Part shown: positions 40,577-54,530 of the stretch, piece after piece | Numbering within the stretch: the first letter of the stretch is position 1 | Layout of the letters: each line of letters begins with the position of its first letter | Source of the DNA: Eledone cirrhosa | Taxonomy: Eukaryota | Direction: 5' to 3' | NCBI GenBank assembly: GCA_964016885.1 | Contig: OZ024746.1 | Coordinates: 40,238,001-40,302,000, forward strand | DNA length: 64,000 nt | Translations under genes and position numbers: made by a program | The notes under the pieces: generated by a model | The model's database searches: none | The model's input: the letters and a program-made list of their open reading frames with translations, nothing else | Told to the model about the DNA's origin: nothing

Positions 40577-43500
40577 TGTCACATGACCAGTCTGACAAGC
40601 AGATCGATACTGGAGTCAGGTCCATAACTCCTATGGGTCACCTTGAGCCAATCCTCTGCAAAATGCATGTTACAAGTTGATACACAATACATATTTTTTA
40701 TATGTAAACAAAACTTCCTCATTTTTTTCTGTTATATATATATATATATATATTTAAATGTTTAGGTGAAATATAATTTTAAGTATTTAGTCGGAATAAT
40801 TGATTTAATTCTAGTCCCTTGTTTAACTTCTGATGAAAAAATGGAAAACAATTTTTCTATGTTGAAATATGAAGAAAGGTTAAGTTTTGTCAATTATTTA
40901 AATCAAATACTGAAACTAAAGGAAAATAATATTTCATTTAACCCTTTTGTTACCATATTTCTAGTGAAATACATTGTATTTGAATTAGTCATGAAAGAAT
41001 TTGAAAAGATTTACAAAAATTATTTATGTAAACTAGTAGTGCTAGTGACACAATAAAATGCTCTTTGCCAACATATGATCCAGCCCCTTTGTTTGGCAGG
41101 TGTCTATGGCTGGATACCCTTCCTATCACCAACCACTTTACAGAATGTACTGGGTACTCATGTTTATTGTGTAATTAATTGTAAATGGAAGCATGGCTTA
41201 ACAGTATATTGAAGGTGTAACTTCAAATCCCACAAGCAGTAGTGTACATTTTTATTCATCTTCAGAGTTTATATGCCTAACTTATAATTATAATTCATAT
41301 CAACTATTTTTCATAGTCAAACAACATTGATGCTTCTTTCAAATTCATAAACTAATTAATTAACCCTTTAGCATTTAAACCGGCTGTATCCGACCCAAAT
41401 TCTCTCACCTCTTTCTGTTCAAGCCAACTGTAACTGGTCACTCATACTGACATTAAGTTATTGTTCTGAATATAAATAACATCAAAATCTCATAGATTCA
41501 ATATTATGTGAGATAATTATGTAAGATAAAGCCTTTACCACAAAAATACAATAGTAAATATAGAGTAATGTAAATGCTAAAGGGTTAAATATGATATGCT
41601 GTGGTTTGTTATATACATGCACCTTTGATGAGTTGTAGTGCACCTGAGCACTGTACACAATAATTTCATTATTATTATTATATAGTGAAATGTAGTTATA
41701 ACTGCAGTGAAATAAAGGCACAGAGGAAGATGAATAGACATTATTGCAGAAATATGGCAGAAATCCATAGTCATTAGTAAGGTGGAAAATTGGCAGAAGT
41801 ATTAGTGTTGAATTAAATTAAATACATTACAGTATTTTTCTAGCTCTTTGTATTGTGAGTTCAAATCCCACCATTGAAGTCCACTTTGCCTTTTATCTTT
41901 CCAGAGTAGCCTGTAACTAAAAGTGCCAGTCCAGAGTAGTGGACTGGCAAAATCATTAGAGTGTCAAAAGACATAACTTCTTTCAGTTTGTTTCAAAAGA
42001 CACGACTTCTCTCACTCAATATGACCGTAGGTAAACAGGATGCAGACCCCTCGGCCTGTCTAAAAGATCAGTAGCCTCGCTTCAGTACTGACTTGGTCTA
42101 TGTAGATTCGTTCAACCTTTGCTAGCAAGGAAAGTGGATGTAAATGATGATGATGATGATGTACTTTATTTTATCAACCCCAGAATGATGAAAGCAAAGT
42201 TGACCTCGGTAGGATTTGAACAAATACCACATTGACATTTTATCCAATGCTCCACCAATTCTGCCAGCCCACCACCCTCGTTAGAAATATGGTAACAAAA
42301 AGGTTTAATGTAAGCAATAGGATATGAATTTTTAACTTTTTTTTTCTACTTGTTCAATCAATATCCCCCCCAAAATCAATTCAGTCATTTCCTGAACAGT
42401 CTTAATAAAGAGATGTCATTTAAATCAATCATAGCATAAAGAAGGAAAAAAAAGGCAACATCAATCCCCATAGAAATTGAACCCAGAAAATAGAGGAACA
42501 AAAGTACCTAACTTACAGCATTTAGTCTTGTACTTTAATGTTTATTCCAACTCACTCCACTTCTTCAAAATCAATACTTCACTATGTGATTGCTTTGAAC
42601 TCCTTACGTATCATTTATAACCCATTTATAATATTTCCTCAGGTAGTGAATTGGTAGTATTTGTATCGTGTCAGATAAAATGCTTTGCAGTATTTAGTTA
42701 CGACTTTCTACATTTTGAGTTAAAATTTCCCTTTCATCCTTTCCACAGTGGATAAAATAAATTAACAGTGAAATACTAAGATCGATATAATTGACTTTTC
42801 TGCCATGACATCTGGCCTTGTGCTTAAATTTGAAACAAATATTTCTTCTGGCAGCTATCATACTTTCTTCTTTCATCATCAAACGCCAGTGATTTCTCAT
42901 TAAAATTCCCTATTTTCTTTGAAATTTAGCTGTCTCTTTAACTTGCTTAATCTAGGTATATCTCTTAAATTCCTTCCATACAGCAATGATGATGATGTTG
43001 ATGCTATGAAGATGACTCAGCTGATTATATCACACTAACTTAGATTTAGGAAGTCTCCCTTTCTTTTTGGTCTCCTTTCATATAATGTCATATTAACATT
43101 CTTACAATCAGCATGTAGTTAAACTTTTGAACAGAATAGCTGCTTTTTTATCATTAAATTAATATTGTTAATGGGAATGGACGCAGCATGGCTAAATGGT
43201 TAAGAAGTTCACTTCCCAATCATTAGGTCCTGGGTTCAATCCCATTGCATGGCATTTTTGAGCAAATGTTATTTGCCTTTCATCCTTCTGAGGTCAACAA
43301 AATAAAGTACCAGTCAAATACTGAGGTTGATTTAATCAACTAATGCCAACTCACAAATTTCTTGTCTTGTGCCTCAGAATTGTTAGAGTGCCAGACAGAA
43401 TGTTTTGCCATATTTAATTACAATTTTCTAGGTTTTGAGTTCAAATCCCACTGAGATAAACTTTGCCTTTTATTCTTACGAGGTTGATAAAATAAAGTAC

Positions 43501-44780
43501 CAGTAATGCACTGGGGTCAATTTAATCAACTATCCCTTCCCCCAAATTGTTGGCCTTGTGCCTAAATCAGAAATCGTCATTATTATAATTATTATTATTA
43601 AAGGTCATGAATTAACAGAATCGTTAGAAAATCAGACAAAATGCCTGACAATATTTGCTATGACACTTTACATTCTGAATTCAAATCCCATTGAAATCTA
43701 CTTTGCTTTTCATCCTTCTGGGGTTGATAACGTGAAGTACCAGTGAAGTACTGGTGTTGATTTAATTAATGTTTGCTTCCCCTTAAATTGCTGTCCTTGT
43801 GTCTAAATTAGAGAGCATTATTAAGAGGGCGGTGGATTGGCAGTATCGATAGAGCCTCAAACACCTTGCTTTGCAGCGTGGAGTTACGGTCCTTTACGTC
43901 TTGAGTTCAAATCCCGCCAAGGTTAACTTTGCCTTTCATCCTTATGGGGTCAATAAAATAAAATACCAGTAACATACTGCGGTCAATTTAATTGACTTTC
44001 TCCTTCCCTTCAAATTGCTGGCCTTGTGCCTAAAGTAGAAACAATTATTAAGAGAGTGGTGAATGTCAGAATCTTTAGTGTGATGGTAAAAATCCTTGCA
44101 GCATTTAATTATATGGTTAACTTACTTTAAGTTCAAATTCCACTATGATTGATTTTGAATTTCATCATTCCAGAGTCAATAAAATAGTTCCAGTCAAGTA
44201 GTGGAGCTGATTGAATTGACTATACTTATCCCCCAAATTTATTTCATATTGATTAGAAATAATTGTTTCTACATTAGGCACAAAGCCAACAATTTGGGTG
44301 AGGGGAAAGTCAATTTAATCGAACTCAATTCGTTACTGGTACTTTATTTTATCAACCCCGTAAGGATGAAAGGTAAGGCTAATCTCGGCCGGATTTGAAC
44401 TCAAAATGTAAAAAAAATAATAAAGAAATCCATCACAATTCTATGAATGAACCTTTAACCCTTTAGCATTTAAACAAGCCGTATCCAGCCAGAATTCTCT
44501 CACCTCTTTTTATTCAAACTGGTTGTAACCTGCTGGTCATACTGATATTAAGGTATTGTTCTCAAAATAAATAACATAAAAATCTCATAGATTCCATATT
44601 ATGTGAGGTAAAGACTTTACCATGAAAATACAATAGTATATATAGAGTAATGTAAATGCTAAAGGGTTAAGCTATCCTCCAACTACTAGATTAATAATGA
44701 GAAAGTTAGTTATATAATTACTAAATATACAATCATCTCCCTTATCACCTGTCTATTTCCTTTTATCATACTGTTTTTAA

Positions 44781-45223
44781 AACCCTTTTGATACCAAACC
44801 ACCTGAAACCAACTCTGGTTCTATGATGCAAAACTGTTTATTTTAACCGTTTAGCATTTACATTACTCTACATATACTATTGTATTTTTCATAGTAAAGG
44901 CTTTACCTCACAATTCTCTCACATAATATCGAATATATGAGATTTTGATATTTATTTTGAGAACAATACCTTAAATTCAGCATAAGCAACTGGTTACAAC
45001 TGGTTTGAACAGGAAGAGGTAAGAGAATTCTGGCTGGATACGGCCGGTTTACATGCTAAAGGGTTAAAGTGTTTATATTTATCTAAAAACCTTGCATTAT
45101 AATTTTTCAGAACCTTTCTTAAGTTATGTTCCAAGTGCCAGTTTAATAATTTTTTTATTATTTTCAAAACTATTTGAAAATCAGTCAGTATCTTTCATTA
45201 GAAATACGGTAATGAAAGGTTAA
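44781..45223. mobile_element. piggyBac-type MITE, family B, carrying a nested family A copy
   Basis: Ends AACCCTTTTGATACC ... GGTAATGAAAGGTTAA. Empty relatives at about 52524-52780 and 6780-7050. Confidence 0.75.
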
Positions 45224-46271
45224 GCATACATAAGAAAATAACATCTAAATAACTGATCTTATTAAATAGTTTTATTGATTTTTTTTTAAATATCAAAAAT
45301 TGGATATAATTATAACTTCAAATCATAAAAACAAACAAAACAGCACATACACATATACACATACATACACACTGACATCACCTTATATCCAATAAGAAAA
45401 TAACAGTAAAACTATTAACATTTTCAGGCAAGTTTTTGTAAGATAAAAAAAATACAATGATATAAATTTAAACAATTGTCTTTATTTTGTTGTTGTTTTT
45501 TAAATTCTACTAAAGATGGTTGTAAATAAAACTTATTTGTAATAAACATGGCAGTTATTGGTTGAATTGAACTGTATTGGGAATAATTATTGTCAAAATG
45601 AAATTCCAAGGAAGGAAATTAATAATTTTTCATGGAAAATTATATAAGACTGTTCTTTAGAGTGTGTGTGTCTGTGTTTGTGTGTGTGAGGTATAGAGGA
45701 GAGAGGGGGAGAAAGAGAGAAAGAAAGGGTGAGAAAGAAAAAAAAAGTGAGGGGTGGGAGGAAAGAGAGCAAAAGAAAGTGTGTATGATTGCAATATGTA
45801 AACACTAAAAACAGGTCACTGAATTGCAGTACGCACAGGTAATAATAATTATCACCAGGTGTACACTTGAAGAAATTTGTAGTAGTAGTAGTAGTGTTGG
45901 TGTTGTTGGTGATAGCTGTAGTAGTAGTGTTGTTGTTCGTGGTGGTGGTGGTGGTAGAAGTTTTTCAACAGTTCAAGTCATCTTGTAACACCTGAAAATA
46001 AATAAATAAATAAATATCTTATTAATTAATCAGTAATCAGTACTAAAAAAAATATATTTGTAAAAATTTTACACTTCTAAATTACCATGAACAGAAATAA
46101 TAATAATTGTTTCTACCTTTGGCACAAGGCCAGCAACTATCCCAGTGCATTACTGGTACTTTATTTTATCGACCCTGTAAGGATGAAAGGCAAAGTTAAC
46201 CTTGGTGGGATTTGAAGTCAGACCATAAAGGGCCGTAACTCTTTGCTGCAAAGCAGAAATAATAATAATAA

Positions 46272-46626
46272 TGAAGGTGCTATTGGATTTCAGGATACAG
46301 ACAGACAAGAAATTAGAACACAGTAGGCCCGACCTGGTGGGTTTTGACAAGGAAAAAGATTGTAGATCTAGCTTGCCCATTTGAAACAAGAGTGCAAGAA
46401 AAGGAGAAGAAAATTAACCTATACCAGGATTTAAAGTAGGAATTAAAAAGGATTTGGGACTCATGAGATCAAGGTCGTCCTGATTGTCATAGGAGCACTA
46501 GGTACTATCTCGAGGAGTTTTCAAGGATGGTTAAAGAAGATTAGTCTAGCCCCGTTTTTTGGAACACTTCAAAAGGCATGCTTGCTGGGAACAGCAAGAA
46601 ACCTCCGATACATCTTGAATATCTGA
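46272..46626 (+). mobile_element. Non-LTR retrotransposon fragment with restriction-like endonuclease (R4/NeSL-like)
   Basis: Translates with frameshifts as LDFRIQTDKKLEHSRPDLV...K..LYQDLK..IKRIW...VVLIVIGALGTI...LQKACLLGTAR.LRYIL, the typical RLE PD-(D/E)xK C-terminus. Confidence 0.8.
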
Positions 46627-47529
46627 GGTTGCAGGTAGCGGCTTGATATTCATTTGAAAAAACTTTCCAGTTAAATAACATCTATGACTGAGACTCCAGG
46701 AATAATAACAAAAAAAAAACACACAGACAGATACAAACCAAAACTCCAGGAGTTACAAATATATACAACATATAGAAAATAGCACTACTAGCTCCTGCAC
46801 ACATATAATGAAGAGTACTCTCAATATGTGGAGGTACATGGCCTAGTGGTAAGGGTGTTAGACTTATGATAATGTCGTGGGTTTGATTTCTGAACTGGGT
46901 TGTGTTCTTGAGCAAAACAATTCATTTCATGTTGCTCCAGGATATTCAGCTGAAAATGAATAGCAGCAATAGCTGGGGGTTTAACCCTGTGATGGACTGG
47001 CCTCCTGTCCAGGTGTCTTGTAGTCTCAGTCGTCTCACGCTACGGAAACTGGGATAAGCACCGGCCTGGTGAACCTCCAGGATCAAGACAGACTTTAGAC
47101 TTTCTTTAGACTCTCAATAGAAACAACACTGCACATAGCCAAGGCACACAGAACTGTGCTCAGTAATAATGTCAGCATGCAATAAAATTAAGACTAATGA
47201 TAATCCTTTCTAACATTGGCACATTGATGGAAGGAGAAAGTTGTTTATATCAACCCCAGTACTTCACTGGTACTTTATTTTATTTACCTTATGACACCAG
47301 CACGAAAGTGGTTGTCATGTGTTGAGCCAGTGTCTACACTGTCTCCGATCACCAACCACTTTACAGAGTGCACTGGGTGCATGTTATTGCGGCACCAACA
47401 ATAGAAGCTGTCAATATCATCATCATCATCATTACCGTTTAATATCTATTCTCAATGCTTGCATGATAGATAATCACATTTTGATCATATGTTCCATTTT
47501 TTACTTGATTTTCTACGACTGAATGTCCT

Positions 47530-47930
47530 TCCTAATGCCAACCACTTTACAGGGTGTACTAGAAGCTTTTTTCGTGGCACTAGCTCTACCACCTTACAGG
47601 GTGAACTAAGTAACTTTTTGTCATAGCACCAGCACTATCATCTCAGTGTGAACTGTGTGCTTCTTGTCATGGCACCAGCACTACCACCTTACAGGGTGGA
47701 CCGGATGCTTTTTGTCATGACACAAGCATTACCACTTTATAGGGTGGACTGGGTGTTTTTTGTTATGGCACCAGCACAACCACTTTACAGGTTCAATTGG
47801 GTGCTTTTTGTCATGGCACCAGCAAAACCACTTTACAGGGTGGATTGTGTGCTTTTTGTCATGGCACCTGCACTACCACCTCACAAAGTGGGCTTGGTGC
47901 TCTGTCATGGCACCAGCACCACCACCTTAT

Positions 47931-47935
<5 letters not shown>
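47530..47935. repeat. ~51-bp tandem repeat derived from retroposon 3' UTR sequence
   Basis: About 7 copies of CCACTTTACAGGGTGGACTGGGTGCTTTTTGTCATGGCACCAGCACTA. A related ~48-bp array lies at 53510-53760 on the opposite strand. Confidence 0.85.
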
Positions 47936-47961
<26 letters not shown>

Positions 47962-48499
47962 TTACAAAAAAATGTGTGGTGCCTAGAGAGAACAGCTGTT
48001 TACTTACTCATGTTATCAGCTGCTAGTATTAACAACTTTGTAGGGATTGTTCCAATGTACAACATTCAATTCCATTTCATCTTCTACATCAGACTGATCC
48101 CTACAATGAAATGAAATACAAAATATTTTAACAATCAACTGACATTATATGGCTCTAAATACAAAGTTGTACACTAAACCTTGTTGCCAGCCTGGTAGCT
48201 CGAAGAAATAAAACTAAGTATCCATTTAGGATCACATCAAACCCAATAACAACATGTAGCAACTGTAGGAACATAATTTCTGTCAAACAACTGAATGAAA
48301 CAGAGATTTGGGTTATGTGACTGCTATTTATCTCACATAAATTAACATATACATGACTCAGCACATTTCAATTAAAGTTATATTCAGCATTTTTTGCTCA
48401 ATTCTTTGCTCAACCTTTGGCTCTCTTTATACGGACAAACAGGCTGTCATTCATTTCCCGAGCAACATCTGCTAGTATATATACTCCAACCTCACACAC

Positions 48500-48965
48500 T
48501 TACACCTCACCAAGACAATGTCACTGGACCGAGACCTTTGGCGGTATTCAGTAATAGAGAAGACCCACCTTACCTAAATACAAAGTAAAACCTACTACAG
48601 TCAGTAGGCATCTCTAACAAAATACACCCCCGTCCCACCACCCCATCCACACCGCCCCCTTCTATGTAAAGTTATGTTGGTGTCACACCATCCAGGCCGA
48701 AACAAATGAGATCGTGTAGGTGTCACGACAAAAAAACACACAGTCCACGCTGTAATGTGGCCGTGTAGGCAACACGGTAAAAACCTCCCAGACCCACACT
48801 GTAAATGTGGTTGGTGTTAGGAAGGGCATCCAACTGTAGCAAACCTGCCAGACAGTCCTATGCGAGCAAGACAATCACTCTTGCCTCAAGTGGGAAAACC
48901 CCCGTCCAAACCCATGCAAGCGTGGAACACGGACGTTAAACGTTGATGATGATGATGATGATGAT
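48500..48965 (+). mobile_element. Short 3' copy of the 7817-9363 LINE family
   Basis: Reverse-complement match to 7820-8280, with a (GAT)n tail. Confidence 0.88.
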
Positions 48966-49094
48966 TTGAAAAAAAGGAAAAGAATGACTTCACTTGTAGT
49001 GTTAAAAAATGTATGATTTAATGTTATAATATAATATAATATTATGAGTTGGTAGATCCAGTAAGTTCTTTGTTAACTTCGGTGGGAAGAATTT

Positions 49095-49794
49095 TAGAGA
49101 TTCCTGGTTAACTTCGGTTGGAGAACTTTCTTGCATTCGTCTGTCTGTGGTGATTGTCAAACTGAGATCAGGTTGTGTTGAAATGTGTGACTATATATAA
49201 GAGAAATTTGGATGTCTGGGGTGTGGCGTGTGGTGTTAATGAGTGTTGATGATGATGAAGGTCTGGAAGAATTAAAGTATACATACATACACATACATGT
49301 ACACACACACACACATATATATATATATACACACTCTCTTTTTCCTGTCATCCCATTCTTATCAAAAGACATGTATCTTACACTTCATTAAAAGCCAGAC
49401 AAGCACCTAAATTCATCTTTGATATAGAAATCTGTAGAAGATATTCTTTATGGATTTGGAAGAGTTGATTCAGCTATGCCATTATATACTCATCAAAAGT
49501 CAGCTAATGAAATAAAACCAGCAGGAGACAAACACCCTTATCTTACAACCTCACCATTTTCTGAGTGTATATATATGTGTGTGTACGTGTGTGTGTATAT
49601 GTATGTATACTTTAATTCCTCCGGACCTTCATCATCATCAACACTCATTAACACCACACGTCACACCCCAGACACATCCAAATCTCTCTTATATATAGTC
49701 ACACATTTCAACACAACCTGATCTCAGTTTGACAATCACCACAGACAGACGAATGCAAGAAAGTTCTCCAACCCAAGTTAACCAGGAATCTCTA
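49095..49794. repeat. Long inverted repeat (arms 49095-49336 and 49563-49794)
   Basis: The arms are reverse complements with few mismatches, around a spacer of about 225 bp. Confidence 0.92.
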
Positions 49795-52109
49795 TAATCT
49801 TTATTTTATTGACTTCATAAGGCTGAAAGGCAAAGTTAACCTTGGCAGAATTTGAATGCAAAGGGCCATAACTATATGTCACAAATGTTGTCCAACACTC
49901 TACTAATTCACCACCTTAATATATATATATATAGTATAAACAATGTTTCATACACAATGTATGTATATATATATAAGGATTTCAAATTTAAGCACAAGGT
50001 CGGCAATGGGGGGGGGGGGGGGGGGGCTCGATTAAATCGGCCCCAGTACTTCACTGGTATGTTATTTTATCGACCATGGAAAGATGAACGGCAAATGAAC
50101 TTAGAATGTAAAGAGCTAAAAAAAATACTACTAAGCTCTTGCCCAAAGCCTCCAGCCCACACTGTAAAGCGGTCATGTAGGTGTCATGGCAAAAAGCACC
50201 CAGTACTCACTGTAAATGAGGTTGGCACTAGGAAGGGCATTCAGCTGTAGAAACCAAGCCAAAATCAGTTCTGTATGAGCAAGACATGGTCACCTGACCT
50301 GGATAACTCATGCCAGCATGGAAAAATGGACGTTAAACGGAGATGATGATATATAATGAAACTATATATTAAGGTTGATAAAAAGAAAACTAGCACATCC
50401 GTACCTTTAAAATAATTTCACCCAGCTGTTTTCAATCCACTGCTGGATGAAGCCACAGCAACTATGCTGGTTTTAGGCCTACCTGCCCATGCTGGCCAAT
50501 TCTGGGTTGGACAGGGTGCTCCTGTGGTCGGGTGATTAGACCTGGCCATTGGCACCTATGTAGAATTTGAACTCAGAATGCAAACAGCCAGAACAGATAA
50601 TAATTAAAAATTTTAATCATATCTATTAAATAATTTTCTTCATGGTTCTAAAATTTCAATTGTTCCCTAAATGTTGTCTAATTCATAATAAAATATTTAC
50701 AAGGATCCAGAAGTATAACTGGGGTATGGCAACCGTGGTATGTGTCATGGTGCCACTTGGACTAGGAACACTTTTTATTCAAGTCAGATAAGCTATCATC
50801 AGAGTGTGAACAAAGAAACTTCTTCAGATGTATGATCTGTCTTTGATTATCATGAGTGAGAAGCACTATGGGAACTGAATCATTAAACCATTTATATAGA
50901 TTATTAAGCTCATAGGTAAAAATTGATTAAATCAACCCCAGTATTTGACTGGTACTCTATGTTTTCAACCCTGGAAGGATGAAGGGCAAAGTTGACCATG
51001 TCAAGATTTGAACCCAGAATGTAAAGAGCCTAAACAAACACCACCATGGCATTTTAACCAATTCATATTCAATTCTGTCAATACGCCACGCTTATTAAAT
51101 TAATGCATATGTAGCTGAGTATTCCACAGACATATGTACCCTTAAGATAATTCCCAAACCAAATTAGTGTGACAAAATCTGTGACAAGACTAGATACTTT
51201 TAATCACAGATTCAGTGGGGCCCAAATTGTCGACCTCCTCGTGGTGGGCCCAGGAAACAGCTCACTAATCTCTCATCTTGGTCAAGCGAATGACAACAAT
51301 CTGTGACAACAACGTCATAAACGAGGAGGAGAAGAGAAAGTACAATCCATCAGATGGACTTCTACACGATTTTACAAACAAGGTAAAAAAGACTTGCCCA
51401 AGATGTTATGCAGTAAGACATATTAGCTAATTTATACTCTATGAAATCATTTTCAGTGCAACTTAACATCCTGTTGATCTACAATAACTCAGTAAATAAT
51501 TTTCTGGTTGAAAGGATTTTATTTTACTGCATTAAATGACTACAAAAGTACAGATAAATTTACTCTGCACTACAAAAATAAATCTGGAAATTTTTCTTGC
51601 CTATTTTATAGTGTTCATAGGATTTTACCTTGCTCAACATATAACTACTAATCCTAGAGTTCAGCCAATAGCATGTTCTAGACAACAAATGAAATATATT
51701 CGGTATTACATAGTTAAGTTTTGTTGGCTACAACACAAATGTCAAATGTAATATATAATATACTGTTATGGTTCAGTGAACAGGGAAATTTTTTTTAAAA
51801 TCTATCTCGTTCAGTCAATTATATGATTACTTATCAACACCAACAATGAAAACACTCAAGTCTCAACAAAAATTGGACTCTTTTGCCATTATATGGATAA
51901 ACAATGAAATAATTAACAATATTCATTGTTTAAACTGCTGTATTTACTGAGTAAATCATTATCAGTATATTTAGATGATTTCAACTGAATGAAACAGCAT
52001 TAGTCCCGTACTCATTCCTATTTGATGTATTGAGTACCTTATTTATCTGAGGTCTCTTTCCATTTCTTCAATGAAAAACCATTCTATATATTCTATATAC
52101 TATAATCAT

Positions 52110-52525
52110 CATCACCATCATTTTTTTAGTCCACTTTTCCATGCTGGCATGGGTTAGATGTTTTGGGACAAGGCTATAAAGTGGTTGAAGAGAAATGAAG
52201 AAAGTGTGCTCCATGGGATGTGTAATGTTAGTGTGCAAGAATGGTGGGGCATGGATGAACTGAAACACTGCATAAAAGAGGAATCAGATATATGTTGTGT
52301 AAAAGAGAAGACTGTACTGGTAAATACATGTGATGCATATGGATGATGGTTACTGGATGAAAAAGTGCCAGGTAATGCTGATGGAAGGAAGCTGCAGTTG
52401 AGGAAGACCAAGAAAAACCTGGGTGGAAGTGGTTAGAGCTGAGCTCAAAATGCCTAACCTCATAGAGGAGATGATGAAGGGACGCAACAAGTGGAGAAAG
52501 GCTGTGCTGGAAAGGACCTGTCCAA
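52110..52525 (+). mobile_element. Degraded RTE-type LINE 3' fragment (related copy at about 61410-61742, minus strand)
   Basis: LKRNEESVLHGMCNVSV and GRPRKTWVEVVR-like peptides. Confidence 0.7.
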
Positions 52526-54420
52526 CCCTTTTGATACCAAACCACCTGACACCCCTTCTGGTTATATGATACAAAACTATTTACTTTAATGTGTTTATAT
52601 TTATCTAAAAACCTTCCCTTATAATTCTACAGAAGAACCTTTAAATCATGTTCCAAAGTCAAGTTTAATAACAAGAAAGTTTATATTACTAAATACCTCC
52701 AAATTCTTGATTATTTAAAAAATATATTTGAAAACCATAGGCAGTATCATTCAGTAGAAATATGATAATGAAAGAGTTAATTCTATAATCTACCAGAGAT
52801 CTGTTTCCTTTCATCAGACCAAGTCTCTAGTTTGAGGATAAATTCATCTCTTCCTTTCATTGGTCTCAGAAGCCTTGAAATGAGTCATGAGTGCTTCCAT
52901 AAAAAAAATCACAAAAACTCATCTCACACCCTTGAAAATGTTGGCAAGAGGTAGCGTTATTGTTTTTGGCATCAAAAAAGCTTTTGATAGTATATGACAT
53001 GAAAACCTAGCTATGATATCTGCTCCAGTCATTGCTCATCACTTCAAATGGGAGTTCTTGCCAGACTGTTACATTCAGCATATATCAACAGGGTTCTCTC
53101 AACCACATGTACTATAAACTCAGCTATGCTTTAAGGTTTGCTTAAGTTTCTCATACCCTTCTTTCTGTTGTGTGAGTCCAGTTTAGAATAGGTATACTGT
53201 ATCCATGTGTTGTAAGAAGCAACTAAAAGGGTTAGTGTCAGGAAGGGCAACTGGCTGTAAACCATTGCTTCAAGAAGTTGTGTCTAACCTATGCCAGCAT
53301 GCAATTGTTGATGTAAAAAACGATGACGCTGATGATGATGATATATGGTATTTCTTGCTGTCATTTCTAACACACACAGGTTATACCATCATATTCCATA
53401 ATCTTGGCACACAGGCATCAACATGATGCAATGTAGATATCATGTATCCCACTTGTACTACTTCTATAAACAGATATAATAACCTGGTGTCTGAAAAAAA
53501 AACCCTATAGTGATCGTGTAGGTGTCACGACAAAAAGCACCCAGCCCACACTGTAAAATGATCATGTTGGCGACATGACAAAAAGTGCCCAACCCACACT
53601 GTAAAGTGGTTGTGTAGGTGTCACGACAAAAAGCACCCAGCCCACACTGTAAAGTGATCATGTTGGCGACATAACAAAAAGTGCCCAACCCACACTGTAA
53701 AGTGGTTGTGTAGGTGTCACAACAAAAAGCACCCAGCACACACTGTAAATGTGGTTGGTATTAGGAAGGGCATCCAAGGGTATAAAACAACCCAAAATCA
53801 GTTCTGTGTGAGTGAAACATGGTCCTCCGACCTGATCTCTCACTAAAAGACAGCCCGTCCTACCCATGCTAGCATGGAAAATGGATGTTAAATACCCTCT
53901 GTTATTTACTTAACTGTTTTCTACCCATTTTAACAAAAATACAATCATTCACCTTGATTACCAACAATATCAACAGCCTGATCCAGGAAGTTAAAAGATA
54001 GAGAAATATATATATATCATCATCATTATTCAACATCTGCTTTCCTTGCTGGCAAAGGTTGGATGGGTCTACATAGACCATGTCAGTACTGAAACAGGGC
54101 TATTGACCTCCCAGACAGGCCAAGAGGTCTGCATCTAGCTTATGTATGGTCATACGTTCTATCGAGTACACAGGAGTCGTCGTTGTGACTTTTGATACAA
54201 ACTGAAGAGTCCTCCCAACCCCTTGTTTGGCAAGCTTTCTATGGCTGAATGCCCTTCCTAACACGAACCACTTACAGCATGTACTATACTGGGTGCTTTT
54301 ATCATATTGATTACCAGTATCACTACCACTATCATTGCTGCTTATAAGATTATACAAACAATCAAGTTACATGTAAGCTGTGGACATTTTTTTACCAAAA
54401 GTTATAAAAATCAAACATAC

Positions 54421-54530
54421 TCAGCTCTGGATTTTTCTGATTGCCATCGTAGTTGGTTTTTGTTTGGTAATGGTGGATGGTAAAAGGTGCAAAATGTTTT
54501 ATTTGTACAACTAATACCATAGCGACAAGG
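54421..54530 (-). CDS. ZC3H14: ZC3H14 exon, CCCH finger 5
   Basis: TTTTTTCAG acceptor, then PCRYGISCTNKTFCTFYHPPLPNKNQLRWQSEKSRA plus GA, then GTATGT donor. Phase 0 to 2. Confidence 0.9.
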
